Source of the DNA: Candidatus Eiseniibacteriota bacterium
Lineage (GTDB): Bacteria; Arandabacterota; Arandabacteria; Arandabacterales; Arandabacteraceae
Length of the DNA: 64,000 bases
Direction of reading: 5' to 3'
NCBI GenBank assembly: GCA_043808325.1
Contig: JAZDEY010000082.1
Span: forward strand, 3,636-67,635
In this document: piece by piece, positions 27,142 to 37,308 of the stretch
Layout of the letters: every line of letters begins with the position of its first letter
Numbering within the stretch: the stretch's first letter is position 1
Program-made: the position numbers and the translations under genes
The notes under the pieces: generated by a model
The model's input: the letters and a program-made list of their open reading frames with translations, nothing else
Database searches by the model: none
Told to the model about the DNA's origin: nothing

Positions 27142-28320
27142 CTATCGGAAGATGGCCTTGATCGCGCCCCAAGTGGAAGGCTGAATCGCGCTTGGACCAC
27201 AGGCGCACCCGTCACCCAACGCGCCGATGAGACCGCAATTGGTGCCGGCAGGATGATTGCCCGGCAAGCAGGGTGATGTGCTGCAAAGCCTAAGGTCATA
27301 AGGCTCACCTTCGTGATAGCAGAATCCGGGGCAAACCGAGAAATCGCCGCCTTGGCCAACCATGCCGGCGATAACCCCGACCCAATCACCGCCCTCATTA
27401 CCGTGGATGTCGGTGCATCCTATGTTTGGTCCATAGTCGGGGTCATCGACATGGTAGAAACCACACCCACCGGTTCCGTAGGCAATTATGCAATTGCTGA
27501 TCGCCTCCCCCACATAGGCGGAAATCGCGCTGCCCTCGGGTGCATGATTGGCGAAGAAGGTGCAACCCGCGATGCGTGCCCCTCCAGCCATATTGTTCAC
27601 GGCGATGGCCCCGCCGTATGAACCCGACCAGTTGCCGCAGAAAACACTGTTGCGGATGATCGCATCGGCTTCATGACCATCGCAGTAAATGGCGCCTCCT
27701 CCAGGCCAGTACGCCCGATTGCCGTTGAAGGTGCAGCCATCGATCGTGATATTAAAATAGATGCCGTAAAAATAGATAGCGCCCCCGCAACCCGCCTCAT
27801 TCGAGGTGAATGTACAGTTGCTGATAACGGCATTACACGTCCAACAATAGAGGTCGAATGCGCCACCGGAGCCCTCGGTCGAGTTGGAGACGAAGGCACA
27901 GTCTCTTGCCGTGATCGACAGGCCCGAACCCCCCGATGAGGTGTTGTATGCCAATACGGCCGGGCCGGCGTCTCGAATCGTGATGCCGTCGAGCACGAGG
28001 TTCCCCTTCTCAATATCAAAAACATGTCGCAATCCACTCGGGTCCAGGTCTTCTTCCCCGTCGATCACGCAATCGCCGGCATTACCGGTTTCCGATCGTA
28101 TCAATATGGCTTTATCGGGGACCACCATGTTGTAGTTGCCGGCACCGCGGAAGGTGCCGCTGGCAAGCAGCAGCGTGTCTCCAGAGACCGCCAGACTGAT
28201 GCCCGCCTGGATCGTGGGCACATCCCCGGATCCGTCAGGGCTGATGTAGATAGTGTGGCACGAGGCCGGACCGGCAATGAGAAGAACGGCCGCAGCCAAT
28301 ACCAATAGCAAGCATCGCAT
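27142..28320 (-). CDS. secreted right-handed parallel beta-helix repeat protein
   Basis: Signal peptide; repeated (G)xAIxxxN/C(T/F) beta-helix rungs (NCTFTSNEAGCGGAIYF, CTFFANHA...). Confidence 0.55.
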   Translation of the reverse strand: MRCLLLVLAAAVLLIAGPASCHTIYISPDGSGDVPTIQAGISLAVSGDTLLLASGTFRGAGNYNMVVPDKAILIRSETGNAGDCVIDGEEDLDPSGLRHVFDIEKGNLVLDGITIRDAGPAVLAYNTSSGGSGLSITARDCAFVSNSTEGSGGAFDLYCWTCNAVISNCTFTSNEAGCGGAIYFYGIYFNITIDGCTFNGNRAYWPGGGAIYCDGHEADAIIRNSVFCGNWSGSYGGAIAVNNMAGGARIAGCTFFANHAPEGSAISAYVGEAISNCIIAYGTGGCGFYHVDDPDYGPNIGCTDIHGNEGGDWVGVIAGMVGQGGDFSVCPGFCYHEGEPYDLRLCSTSPCLPGNHPAGTNCGLIGALGDGCACGPSAIQPSTWGAIKAIFR

Positions 28321-28469
28321 GCTCCACTTCTCCTTCCTTTCGTCGCCGCACTCCTATCATATGCCTATTTCTGCATTATGTGAAGGACTTTCACCCACGG
28401 CGGAGGGAGAGGGTAATGTCAAGAGAAGCGTATACTTTTGAGAGGTGTCTCCTTCAGCGTGATCGAAAG

Positions 28470-29276
28470 CTAGCTAAAAGCCACATCCAGTATCATCATC
28501 ACCACAAAGCCGCCGATGGTGCTCAGAGTGGCCAGGTCGGTGTTTCCGAATCTCCGGGACTCGGGAATCACCTCTTCGACCACAACGTAGATCATCGCAC
28601 CGGCTGCAAAGGCCAGAGCGTATGGCAGGAGCGCCTCGACCTTGATCACCGCAAGTGCGCCCAGGACCGCGGCGGCAGGCTCGACCAGGCCCGACAGCTG
28701 ACCGAATGCAAAACTCTTCCGTCGGGACATGCCTTCGCATCGCAGCGGCATGCTGACCGCGATTCCTTCCGGGAGATTCTGAAGGCCGATACCGACCGCG
28801 AGGGCAATTGCGCCCGGGAGGGCGTAGCCCGGAAGCCCTACGTGGGCTGCTCCGAAAGCGACCCCAATTGCCAGGCCTTCGGGGATATTGTGCAAGGTCA
28901 CAGCGAGCACCAGCAGGGCGCTGGTCTTGAGCCTGGTCCTTATACCTTCAGCCTTCTCGACCGGCAGCCCGAGATGAAGGTGCGGCAATATCTGATCGAC
29001 GAGCCAGATGAAGAGACTTCCTGTGAGAAAGCCCACCGCAGGCGCGAACCAAATGGGAAGTGCTTTACCCCGTGACATCTCAACTGCCGGTGCCAAGAGC
29101 GACCAGAAGCTTGCCGCCGTCATCACTCCCGCGGCAAAACCGAGCATTCCATCCAGCATCTTCCGATTGGGTTCCTTACTCAAGAATACGAAGCCCGCGC
29201 CGGCTGCTGTCATGGCGTAGGTATAGGTGCTGGCGAGCAAGGCCTGGAGAACCGGACTCAAACTCGTCAGGAACAA
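28470..29276 (-). CDS. zupT: ZIP-family divalent metal transporter
   Basis: HNIPEGLAIG and QNLPEGIAV ZIP signatures; 8 TM. Confidence 0.8.
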   Translation of the reverse strand: MFLTSLSPVLQALLASTYTYAMTAAGAGFVFLSKEPNRKMLDGMLGFAAGVMTAASFWSLLAPAVEMSRGKALPIWFAPAVGFLTGSLFIWLVDQILPHLHLGLPVEKAEGIRTRLKTSALLVLAVTLHNIPEGLAIGVAFGAAHVGLPGYALPGAIALAVGIGLQNLPEGIAVSMPLRCEGMSRRKSFAFGQLSGLVEPAAAVLGALAVIKVEALLPYALAFAAGAMIYVVVEEVIPESRRFGNTDLATLSTIGGFVVMMILDVAFS

Positions 29277-29288
29277 TGTGACCTCCCT

Positions 29289-29687
29289 TTACTGAAGGGG
29301 CTTGTCCGCCGGGGCGCGCCCCACGATGTCCGATACGTTCTGCACAAACTCGAGGCAGCCGAGATACTCACCGGCGCGGTCCCGCACCGCAAAATAACGA
29401 ATATGAATCAGCCGGCCCTCCAATCTCGTCCAGGACTCGGCAGCGTCCCGCCGGCCGGTCTTGAGATCCTGTAGTAACTCGCTAACCAGACCAACGCTCT
29501 TCTCGGGGTGGCAGGACTGGACACTGGTACCGAGTATAGCTTCTTTTCTGGAGAAGAGCTGGGCCTTGGGTTCGTTGTAGTAGCGAACCGTGCCGTCGGC
29601 GTCCGCAAAAGTCATGTCCCCGGGAAGCGCGTTGAGTATTGCCTCGATCTGCACCTGCGAGAGCTTACCTGTTTTGAAATCCATCAT
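29289..29687 (-). CDS. PAS-fold domain protein (DUF438-like), 132 aa
   Basis: Start at MMDFKTGKL (ATGATG at 29687-29682) with AGGAGAGG RBS. The track ORF's upstream 95 aa are Pro-rich with no domain. Confidence 0.45.
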   Translation of the reverse strand: MMDFKTGKLSQVQIEAILNALPGDMTFADADGTVRYYNEPKAQLFSRKEAILGTSVQSCHPEKSVGLVSELLQDLKTGRRDAAESWTRLEGRLIHIRYFAVRDRAGEYLGCLEFVQNVSDIVGRAPADKPLQ

Positions 29688-30007
29688 TTCGTTCCTCTCC
29701 TGACTTGTCGATCTCCCATCAGCATTTCCTATCGGCATGGCGTCGCCGGTTCCACCTGCCTTCCGGTCCGGCAACCGAAGGTTATGACATCTTGCCCGCG
29801 ATGGACAGATCAAAATGGGGACCGGCCCCGAAGGAAACTGCGGGAGACTGCATATCGGACACCCTGGTTTCGAGGATTGATGATTACGTGGATGCGGGCA
29901 AACAGGCCGTGTGGGAGTTTCGGCGCCAAGGGTAATGACCCGGGGTAAGTAGAGGTAAACAAGTGAGGTCACGCACCCCCGGCCCCTACTGCCTCTGTGG
30001 CAATCGA

Positions 30008-30235
30008 TCAGGCAAGCTCGCGCAGTAGCCTATCCAGGATTATCTCCCTGTCGGTCAGGATCTCAGTCCCAATCGATCCCGACACGCGGGCATCTCGGCC
30101 AACCGCGACCCTGCACTTGTATCGGTCGCAGTCGCGATACTCGCCCCAACAGAAGGCCCACGCCAGGTGGATCTGCTCACTCCCCTCGGCGAAGGTCTCA
30201 AAGCCCGGGCAATTCCTGGCAAACGGACAGCTCAT
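30008..30235 (-). CDS. small Cys-rich hypothetical protein (75 aa)
   Basis: Cys at CPFARNCP and CWGEYRDCDRYKC; ATGA overlap with the upstream ORF. Confidence 0.3.
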   Translation of the reverse strand: MSCPFARNCPGFETFAEGSEQIHLAWAFCWGEYRDCDRYKCRVAVGRDARVSGSIGTEILTDREIILDRLLRELA

Positions 30236-30468
30236 GGTTCCAACCTTTCAAAGAGGTCTGAGTGATTACGACCTAGAAGGTAGATCGCCCGAAAAGCCCA
30301 CGGACTTAAGATCATTCTCTGCAATTGGCCCGTCACCTGTCCTGCTTTCTTGAGCGAGAGGACTTTCCTGATGAATCGGGTGTCGGAGAGGGTACGGCCG
30401 CGTGTTCTCAGCCCGAAACCGGGCGTGAGCCAAGCTTCATCAAAAAAGGTTTCCCACCATTCATGCAC
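30232..30468 (-). CDS. small hypothetical protein (78 aa)
   Basis: Only evidence is translational coupling (ATGA) to 30008..30235. Confidence 0.2.
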   Translation of the reverse strand: MHEWWETFFDEAWLTPGFGLRTRGRTLSDTRFIRKVLSLKKAGQVTGQLQRMILSPWAFRAIYLLGRNHSDLFERLEP

Positions 30469-30613
30469 TGTGGTCCCCTCTTAGCTTATTCCCGCGCCTA
30501 ACCCGCACCGAATCGAGCTTAAGATGTTGTGTAATGCGAAACCTTTAGGTTAACTTAATAGGCACGGAGCCCTTAGGCAAGAGGGGAAAACCCGGATCGG
30601 AATAGAGATCGGC

Positions 30614-33388
30614 ATGAGAAGGAAGATTGCCCTGACACTGGTGTGCGCCGCAGTGGCCTTTGCGGCCGCATTCATTCAGTTTGTGAATCGCGGCTACGTT
30701 GGAGCGATAGATGCCGGCGACTCGGTCCGACTTATGGGCTATGGCCCGCACCTACGCGCACCGTGGCAGCGCGTTGCCTTCTATCCCATAGAGACCCGCG
30801 AGATCACCATCAGGAACTCATCCGAGGGACCACAGGGCAGATTCAACTTCGACATCAGTCTGGAGTTGTCGGTCCGCCGCAACAACGTGGCCGCGCTCCA
30901 CCGGTCCTATCGTGGGAAGTACGCCGAGGTCCTGATCTCACCGCTCGTCGCCGATTTCCTGAGGCGCCGCGGGGATGGATCCGGTAACTGGGACTGGGGA
31001 GGCGATACTCAGAAGACCGGCAAAGAGATCGTTACTTATCTCAATTCCTCACTCGCTACATATAAAATCAATGTGTACGCGGCGTCGCTCCGGTCCTTCG
31101 AGGTGGTCACCAACCCGGAGGACAAGAGGATATCGGCTGTCGCCGACCAGGTCGGGGGGCGAGTGATCGTCGTCGGTTGTGACGGCTTTGACTGGGAGAT
31201 CTACCGGGCAGTCTCGAAGATCAAGCGCATGCCCAACATCGAGAAGCTGATTGCCGAGGGCGCAACCGGCGATTTGCTCTCGATGGAACCCTTGATCTCT
31301 CCCATGATCTGGACCACGCTGGCAACCGGTGTCGAGCCTCCGGCTCACGGCATAGTGGACTTTCTGATGAAGGATGCTGCCACGGGCGAAGACGTGCCCA
31401 TATCAAGCGGCATGCGGCGGGTGCCCGCCCTGTGGAACATGATGACGCGCTTCGGGCGGTCCTCAGGTTTCATCGGATGGCTGGGGACCTTTCCGGCCGA
31501 AGCGGTCAAGGGTTTCATGGTGTCGGACCGCGTGGGCTATCACATCTTCGATCCCCGCTGGCAGAAGGGCGCTTCCTATGAGGCCGACCGGGGCGGCGCC
31601 CGCCGCGCCGACACACCCGGCCTCATCTATCCCGATAATCTCGTGGGCGAGATTCGGCCCTTTATCCTCGACGCCAGCGAGGTTCCCTACGAGACCGTGG
31701 CGGATTTCATAAAGGTCGGGCGCGACCAGATCGCGCCCCAGGCGAAGACTTTCGATCCGCTGGACCTTCCCCGAAATCTGAGAGTCGCCCTGGCATCGAA
31801 CCTCACCTACGAGAGCGTTGCCCGGTATGCATACAAGCAGTACCGGCCCCAGCTCTTCTCGGTATACCTCGATCTTATCGATAACACATGTCATCTTTTC
31901 ATCAAGTATATGGAGCCTCATACTCAGGACGTATCCGACCGGGACGCGCAGAAATATGGCGGAGCAGTGCTGGAGGCCTATGCTCACACCGATCGCTTGG
32001 TCGGTGAGTGGCTCAAGGTGGTCGACGAGGGGACCACCCTGATCTTCCTCTCCGATCACGGCTTCAAGAGCGGCGACCTGCGGCCTAGGGCACCCTCGGT
32101 CGTAGGCGCGCCTCAGGCGGTCGCCTGGCACAGGATGGCGGGTGCGATCGCCCTCTATGGCAACCACGTCCGGAAGGGGGCCAAGCTCACCGATGCGGGT
32201 ATCCTCGACATCGCCCCGACAATCTTGCGACTGGTCGGTCTTCCCAAAGCCAAGGACATGTCGGGGCGGGTGCTCGAGGCCGCCTTCGATTCCGATTGGC
32301 TCGCGGTCTCATCCCAGACCGGCGAGATAGCAACCTACGGGGTGCGGACCGCGGTAGCATCGTCACCGAGACAGAAGGAAGAAGAAGCGGCCATCCTCGA
32401 TCGGCTCAAGGCCCTGGGCTACGTGGGAGGCGCGCCCACCGACCTCACCAAACTTGCTCACTCGCTGATGATGAAGGGGGAATTCGACAAGGCGATCGAG
32501 ATCTGGAACGAGATCCTTGCCAAGGAACCCGGCAATCTCGATGTTGTCGTCGCGATGGGCAATGCCCTGATCCAGAAGGGCGACCTTGATAAGGCCTACA
32601 TGGTGCTCAGTGACGCCACCAAGAAGGATCCGAACTTCCTGCCGGCCCGGAATATGCTGGCCCTCTACCACATCAACGTGGGTCACCTCGATGAGGCGGC
32701 CAGGATCTCGAAGGGCGTGATCGCCAACGATCCCAAGAACGCCGAGGCCTATTTTAACCTCGGAGTGGTGCTGGACCAGCAGGGAAGATACGACGAGTCT
32801 TTCGCAGCCTTCAAGCAATCGGTCGAGCTCCGGGGGGATTTCGACCAGGCCCGGATGAACCTTGGCAACGCCTACCTTCGGCGGGGCAGGTCTGTCGAGG
32901 CCAAGATCCAGTTTGAGAAGGCAATTGAGATAAACCCCGGCGACCCGCACGCGTGGTACTCGCTGGGGCGGATAGCCCAGACGACCAACAGACCCAACGA
33001 TGCTATCGCCAATTACCGTGAGGCACTGAAGCGCATGCCGAGCTTCAACCCTGCGCGCATAGGTCTGGCGATCGCTCTCGCCTCAGGCGGACAATTCGAA
33101 GAGGCGAAACGGGAGCTCGAGAGCGGCCTTCAATACAAATTCGACCTGGGTGCGATCAATACCAATATCGGTATCCTCGACCGCCAAATTGGGGATGCGG
33201 CCTCCGCCGAGAAGCATTTTAAACAGGCAATAGCTGCAGACCCTCAATATATCCCGGCGAGACTTGACCTGGCGGATCTTTATGCCGGCCGGGGAGACAA
33301 GGCCAAAGCGCGCCGAGAGGTCGAAGCCGCCTTGCGGCTTGACCCCACAAATGCCGAGGCCAAGAGACTCCTCGGAACTCTGAGGTAG
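30614..33388 (+). CDS. membrane-anchored NPP-like phosphodiesterase domain (alkaline-phosphatase superfamily) fused to C-terminal TPR repeats
   Basis: N-terminal TM; VIVVGCDGFDW...PMIWTTLATGVEPPAHGI...LIFLSDHGF (NPP/type I phosphodiesterase-like); C-terminal about 380 aa of TPR repeats. Confidence 0.75.
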   Translation: MRRKIALTLVCAAVAFAAAFIQFVNRGYVGAIDAGDSVRLMGYGPHLRAPWQRVAFYPIETREITIRNSSEGPQGRFNFDISLELSVRRNNVAALHRSYRGKYAEVLISPLVADFLRRRGDGSGNWDWGGDTQKTGKEIVTYLNSSLATYKINVYAASLRSFEVVTNPEDKRISAVADQVGGRVIVVGCDGFDWEIYRAVSKIKRMPNIEKLIAEGATGDLLSMEPLISPMIWTTLATGVEPPAHGIVDFLMKDAATGEDVPISSGMRRVPALWNMMTRFGRSSGFIGWLGTFPAEAVKGFMVSDRVGYHIFDPRWQKGASYEADRGGARRADTPGLIYPDNLVGEIRPFILDASEVPYETVADFIKVGRDQIAPQAKTFDPLDLPRNLRVALASNLTYESVARYAYKQYRPQLFSVYLDLIDNTCHLFIKYMEPHTQDVSDRDAQKYGGAVLEAYAHTDRLVGEWLKVVDEGTTLIFLSDHGFKSGDLRPRAPSVVGAPQAVAWHRMAGAIALYGNHVRKGAKLTDAGILDIAPTILRLVGLPKAKDMSGRVLEAAFDSDWLAVSSQTGEIATYGVRTAVASSPRQKEEEAAILDRLKALGYVGGAPTDLTKLAHSLMMKGEFDKAIEIWNEILAKEPGNLDVVVAMGNALIQKGDLDKAYMVLSDATKKDPNFLPARNMLALYHINVGHLDEAARISKGVIANDPKNAEAYFNLGVVLDQQGRYDESFAAFKQSVELRGDFDQARMNLGNAYLRRGRSVEAKIQFEKAIEINPGDPHAWYSLGRIAQTTNRPNDAIANYREALKRMPSFNPARIGLAIALASGGQFEEAKRELESGLQYKFDLGAINTNIGILDRQIGDAASAEKHFKQAIAADPQYIPARLDLADLYAGRGDKAKARREVEAALRLDPTNAEAKRLLGTLR

Positions 33389-33434
33389 GCGCTTCCACGG
33401 GCGCAGAAATTTGCACACCCACCCCACATCTTTC

Positions 33435-33463
33435 TTGACAAAACAAACCCTACCCATTATGTT
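33435..33463 (+). promoter_or_regulatory. candidate sigma70 promoter TTGACA-N17-TATGTT upstream of the recombinase gene
   Basis: Hexamers read directly. Confidence 0.3.
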
Positions 33464-33522
33464 ACCAAACACGGAGGGACGCCTGGGTCATCAGGCACGG
33501 ATTCGCAAAAGGAGCGTCGGCC

Positions 33523-34392
33523 ATGTATGCCAATAGGCAAGCTATCGTACCGCAGGATGTCGTCAAGCAGTTCAAGCAGGATCTCACCCAGCGTGGATAC
33601 AGTGCAAGAACGACTGAAGTCTACGCAACAGCCGTATCATCCTTCCTGAAAGCAGTGCCCAACCCGGCATCTCCCACACCTGATGATGCCGACAAGTACA
33701 TCCGGGGCATCCTCGAGGGCACGTCGAAGGGTGGTGCATCACAGTCTTCGGTGGGTATCGCCGCCAGTGCCATCAAGCTGCTCTTCAAACACCAGTTCGG
33801 AAAACCGCTCGAGCTCTCGGTGGAGCTCAAGAGACGGGCGCGGCCGATGCCGTCGATTCTCAGCAGGGAGGAGATCCAGAAGATCGTCAGTATCACGAGG
33901 AACGTCAGCCACAGACTGATCTTCCAGCTCATGTATTCTTCGGGCCTCAAGCTGGATGAGCTTCTGGGCCTCCAGGTAAAGGACGTCGACATCGAGGGGA
34001 AGAAGCTCACCATCCGCGGCAACGCGAAGAGCGGCAGAAAAGCCAAGTCCCAAAGGGAGACCATCCTCTCGGACAAGATTGGCCCAATGCTTCATGCGTT
34101 CGTCTCGGATAGGGGTCCAGAGGATTACGTGTTCCCTGGCATCGAGGGCGGCCCGATGACCCCGAGAGCAGTCCAGAAAGCCTTCAAGCAGGCTCTGAAG
34201 AAGGCGGACATTAAGAGGAAGGCCAGCTGCAATTCGCTGAGACATTCCTTCGCGGTCCATCTGCTTCAGAAGGGTACGGACATAAAGCACGTCAGGCGGC
34301 TGCTCGGGCACGCCCGGACCGAGACCACGTCGATCTACAAGCGACTGGTCACCGAAGAGAAGGTTGCGATAAAGAGCCCGCTGGACCTATAG
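33523..34392 (+). CDS. tyrosine-type site-specific recombinase/integrase (XerC/D-like)
   Basis: N-terminal SAM-like domain; C-terminal catalytic LRHSFAVHLLQKGTDIKHVRRLLGHARTETTSIYKRL (R-H-R-Y core). Confidence 0.85.
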   Translation: MYANRQAIVPQDVVKQFKQDLTQRGYSARTTEVYATAVSSFLKAVPNPASPTPDDADKYIRGILEGTSKGGASQSSVGIAASAIKLLFKHQFGKPLELSVELKRRARPMPSILSREEIQKIVSITRNVSHRLIFQLMYSSGLKLDELLGLQVKDVDIEGKKLTIRGNAKSGRKAKSQRETILSDKIGPMLHAFVSDRGPEDYVFPGIEGGPMTPRAVQKAFKQALKKADIKRKASCNSLRHSFAVHLLQKGTDIKHVRRLLGHARTETTSIYKRLVTEEKVAIKSPLDL

Positions 34393-34424
34393 AGACTGTA
34401 TCGACAGGCCGGCTACTACAGGAT

Positions 34425-34474
34425 GACCCCATGGGACCGTCCCGTGGGGTCAGTTCTTTGGCGGTTTTCGTATT
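34425..34474 (+). terminator. intrinsic terminator (GACCCCAtggg...cccgTGGGGTC hairpin + TTCTTTGGCGGTTTTCG)
   Basis: Inverted repeat and T-rich tail read directly after the recombinase stop. Confidence 0.45.
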
Positions 34475-34623
34475 GACTTGCAGCCCGCTGCATATATCAT
34501 GATCTAGGTTACTTCACTCTTTTCAACATAACCTGACTGGAGCCTGCGGGGTCGCATATGGAAGCTGCGATCATGGCAAAGCCGACGCGCAGAGCATTGA
34601 AGAAGGAGGCAAGGCACGTGAGG

Positions 34624-35229
34624 ATGCTGATCCTTTATTACTCTCTCTATGGCCACATTCACCGTATGGCACAGGCGGTATCTGAAGGCGCCAGGGAGGT
34701 TCCGGGAGTAGACGTGTTTCTGCGCCGAGTCCCGGAGACGCTACCCGAGGTGGTGCTTGAGAAGATGGGGGCGCTGGAGGCCCAGAAATCGATGGCCGCT
34801 GTTCCCATGTGCACAGTCGAGGAACTGGGACTGGCCGACGCCGTGATCTTCGGGACTCCCACGCGCTACGGCAACATGTGCGGTCAGATGCGCCAGTTCC
34901 TTGACGCCACGGGCGGCCTATGGACAAGAGGCGCCTTGGTGGGCAAGGTGGGCAGCGTATTTACAAGCTCGGCCACGCAGCACGGCGGCCAGGAATCGAC
35001 CATCCTGAGTTTTCACACAACCCTGCTTCATCACGGGATGGTGGTTGTCGGACTGCCGTATGCCTTCCAGGGCCAGACGCGCATGGACCAGATCACCGGT
35101 GGTTCCCCTTACGGGGCCTCCACGATCGCTGGAGCCAAGGGCGAGCGGTGGCCAAGCGAGAACGAGCTCGCCGCCGCGAGATACCAGGGCAGGCACACCG
35201 CAACCATAGCATCGAAACTCTCGAAGTAG
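34624..35229 (+). CDS. wrbA: NAD(P)H:quinone oxidoreductase WrbA (flavodoxin-like)
   Basis: [23 protein letters not shown] and GTPTRYGNM...FTSS WrbA signatures. Start at internal ATG 34624 by analogy to WrbA N-termini. Confidence 0.75.
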   Translation: MLILYYSLYGHIHRMAQAVSEGAREVPGVDVFLRRVPETLPEVVLEKMGALEAQKSMAAVPMCTVEELGLADAVIFGTPTRYGNMCGQMRQFLDATGGLWTRGALVGKVGSVFTSSATQHGGQESTILSFHTTLLHHGMVVVGLPYAFQGQTRMDQITGGSPYGASTIAGAKGERWPSENELAAARYQGRHTATIASKLSK

Positions 35230-35304
35230 CCGGTGCGGGCAGCCATATGGTCATCTTGACTTGAATTGAGGCCATCACTAGATTGCATACGGAGGAAAAT
35301 GTAG

Positions 35305-36015
35305 ATGGACACCAAGGCTCTCTGGCTTTGCAGTTACGGTCTGTACGTGGTCAGCTCGCGGAAGGGAGACAATCTCAACGGGCAGATCGTCAACACCGTG
35401 TTTCAGGTGACTGCTGAACCTCCCACTATTGTCGTGAGCGTCAACAGATCCAACCTGACCCATGAATTCATCTCTTCAAGCAAGGCCTTTGCAGCCTCCA
35501 TCCTTTCCACCGTGACTCCGATGTCGTTCATCGGCACGTGGGGCTTCAAGTCAGGCAGGGAGATCGATAAGTTCAAAGACACCAAGTACCGGACCGGGAA
35601 GACCGGCTCACCCATAGTGCTGGATTACTCCCTCGGCTATATCGAAGCAGAAGTGATAGACAAGCTTGATGTAGGCACCCACACCATCTTCGTCGGCAAA
35701 GTGGTCGATTGTGGCGTCACGGGTCAGGGCGAACCTATGACCTACGCTTATTATCACCAGGTGAAGAAAGGCAAGACCCCGAAGGCTGCCGCGACCTATC
35801 AGGAAGATCAAAGGATCCAGGCACCGGGCTCAGGAACCAGGGAGGAGACAAAGATGAGGAAGTACAGATGCACCGTATGCGGATATATTTACGATCCAAA
35901 GGCCGGAGATCCTGATGCCGGAATAAAGCCGGGCACGGCCTTCGAAGACCTGCCCGACGACTGGGCCTGCCCGGTTTGCGGTGTGGCCAAGGACCAATTT
36001 GAGCCTGCGGAGTAA
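35305..36015 (+). CDS. flavin-reductase-like (FMN split-barrel) domain fused to C-terminal rubredoxin (high-molecular-weight rubredoxin, Hrb-like)
   Basis: Flavin reductase-like N domain; C-terminal [13 protein letters not shown]...[16 protein letters not shown] rubredoxin. GGAGG RBS. Confidence 0.8.
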   Translation: MDTKALWLCSYGLYVVSSRKGDNLNGQIVNTVFQVTAEPPTIVVSVNRSNLTHEFISSSKAFAASILSTVTPMSFIGTWGFKSGREIDKFKDTKYRTGKTGSPIVLDYSLGYIEAEVIDKLDVGTHTIFVGKVVDCGVTGQGEPMTYAYYHQVKKGKTPKAAATYQEDQRIQAPGSGTREETKMRKYRCTVCGYIYDPKAGDPDAGIKPGTAFEDLPDDWACPVCGVAKDQFEPAE

Positions 36016-36100
36016 TCGCCGGATCTGGAGTCTGCGGAACTGAAACCCGTGTAGCTTAAGTCCGCAAGCAATACGCGGGGTGTGGAGGAGGCTCGCACCT

Positions 36101-37288
36101 ATGGCCGTGAGAACAATCAAGGACAATGTCTACTACGTTGGCGCGATCGACTGGCAGCGGCGGCTCTTTGACTCCCTGATCCCGCTTCCCGACGGAACCA
36201 GCTACAATGCGTATCTCATCCGGGGAAATGACAGGACCGCTCTCATAGACACGGTCGATCCTTCACGAGAGCAGGAGCTCTTGAGCAATCTCAAGGAGCT
36301 CGGTGTCGAGAAGCTCGATTACATAATCGCCAATCACGCCGAGCAGGATCACTCGGGTCTGATCGGCAGAATGGCTGAGCTCCATCCCGAGTCCAAGATC
36401 GTTACCAATCCCAAGTGCAAGGATCTTCTGCGCGAGCACCTTCTCGTTTCTGAGGACAGGTTCTTGACCGTAGAGGACGGCCAGAGCCTGCCGCTAGGGG
36501 GCAAGACCCTGCAATTCATGCTTGCGCCCTGGGTGCACTGGCCCGAGACCATGTTCACGTACCTGGTCGAGGACAAGATTCTCTTTCCGTGCGATTTCCT
36601 CGGGGCTCATCTCGCTACCTCAGAGCTCTTCGTCGAAAGTGTCGCGGACTTCCATGAGGCTGCGAAACGCTACTATGCCGAAATCATGATGCCCTTCAGG
36701 AACAATGTTCAGAAGCACCTGGCAAGACTCGCGGGAGTCGATATCCGTGTGGTGGCCCCCAGCCACGGTCCGATCCATCTCAATCCCGAGTCCATTATCA
36801 AGGCTTACAGCGAATGGTCTTCGGACAGTGTGAAAAACGAGGTCGTCATACCTTACATTTCGATGCACGGCAGCACCCAGAGGATGGTGGACTATCTGGT
36901 CGGCGAACTGATCGGGCGCAGGATCGTGGTGAAGCCCTTTGACCTGGTGGTAACCGACGTCGGCAAACTCGCGATGGCACTGGTTGATGCTGCGACCATC
37001 GTGATAGCCGCCCCGACTGTGCTGGTCGGGCCCCACCCCCTGGCGGTCTACGCCACCTACCTTGCCAATGCCCTGAGGCCGAAGGTGCGATTCGCCGGCG
37101 TTGTGGGCTCGTACGGCTGGGGATCCAAGATGCTTGACACCATAAAGGCGATGATCCCCGATCTGAAGGTTGAAGTCCTGACGCCGGTCATAGTAAAAGG
37201 ATACCCAAAGCCCGCCGATTTTGAGGCACTCGGCAAGTTGGCGGATGAGATCCTGGGGAAACACAGGCAGGCCGGCCTGACGGCCTGA
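36101..37288 (+). CDS. fprA: flavodiiron protein (FprA; O2/NO reductase), MBL + flavodoxin domains
   Basis: Diiron MBL motif ANHAEQDHSG, ...PSHGP, C-terminal flavodoxin-like fold. ATG 36101 after GGAGGAGG. Confidence 0.85.
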   Translation: MAVRTIKDNVYYVGAIDWQRRLFDSLIPLPDGTSYNAYLIRGNDRTALIDTVDPSREQELLSNLKELGVEKLDYIIANHAEQDHSGLIGRMAELHPESKIVTNPKCKDLLREHLLVSEDRFLTVEDGQSLPLGGKTLQFMLAPWVHWPETMFTYLVEDKILFPCDFLGAHLATSELFVESVADFHEAAKRYYAEIMMPFRNNVQKHLARLAGVDIRVVAPSHGPIHLNPESIIKAYSEWSSDSVKNEVVIPYISMHGSTQRMVDYLVGELIGRRIVVKPFDLVVTDVGKLAMALVDAATIVIAAPTVLVGPHPLAVYATYLANALRPKVRFAGVVGSYGWGSKMLDTIKAMIPDLKVEVLTPVIVKGYPKPADFEALGKLADEILGKHRQAGLTA

Positions 37289-37308
37289 TACAGCGAAGGA
37301 GGTTCGAG

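Noticed and set aside
29688-29972. 95-aa Pro-rich N-terminal extension of the PAS-like ORF
   Set aside because: Low-complexity; strong RBS plus ATGATG at 29687 starts the conserved part.
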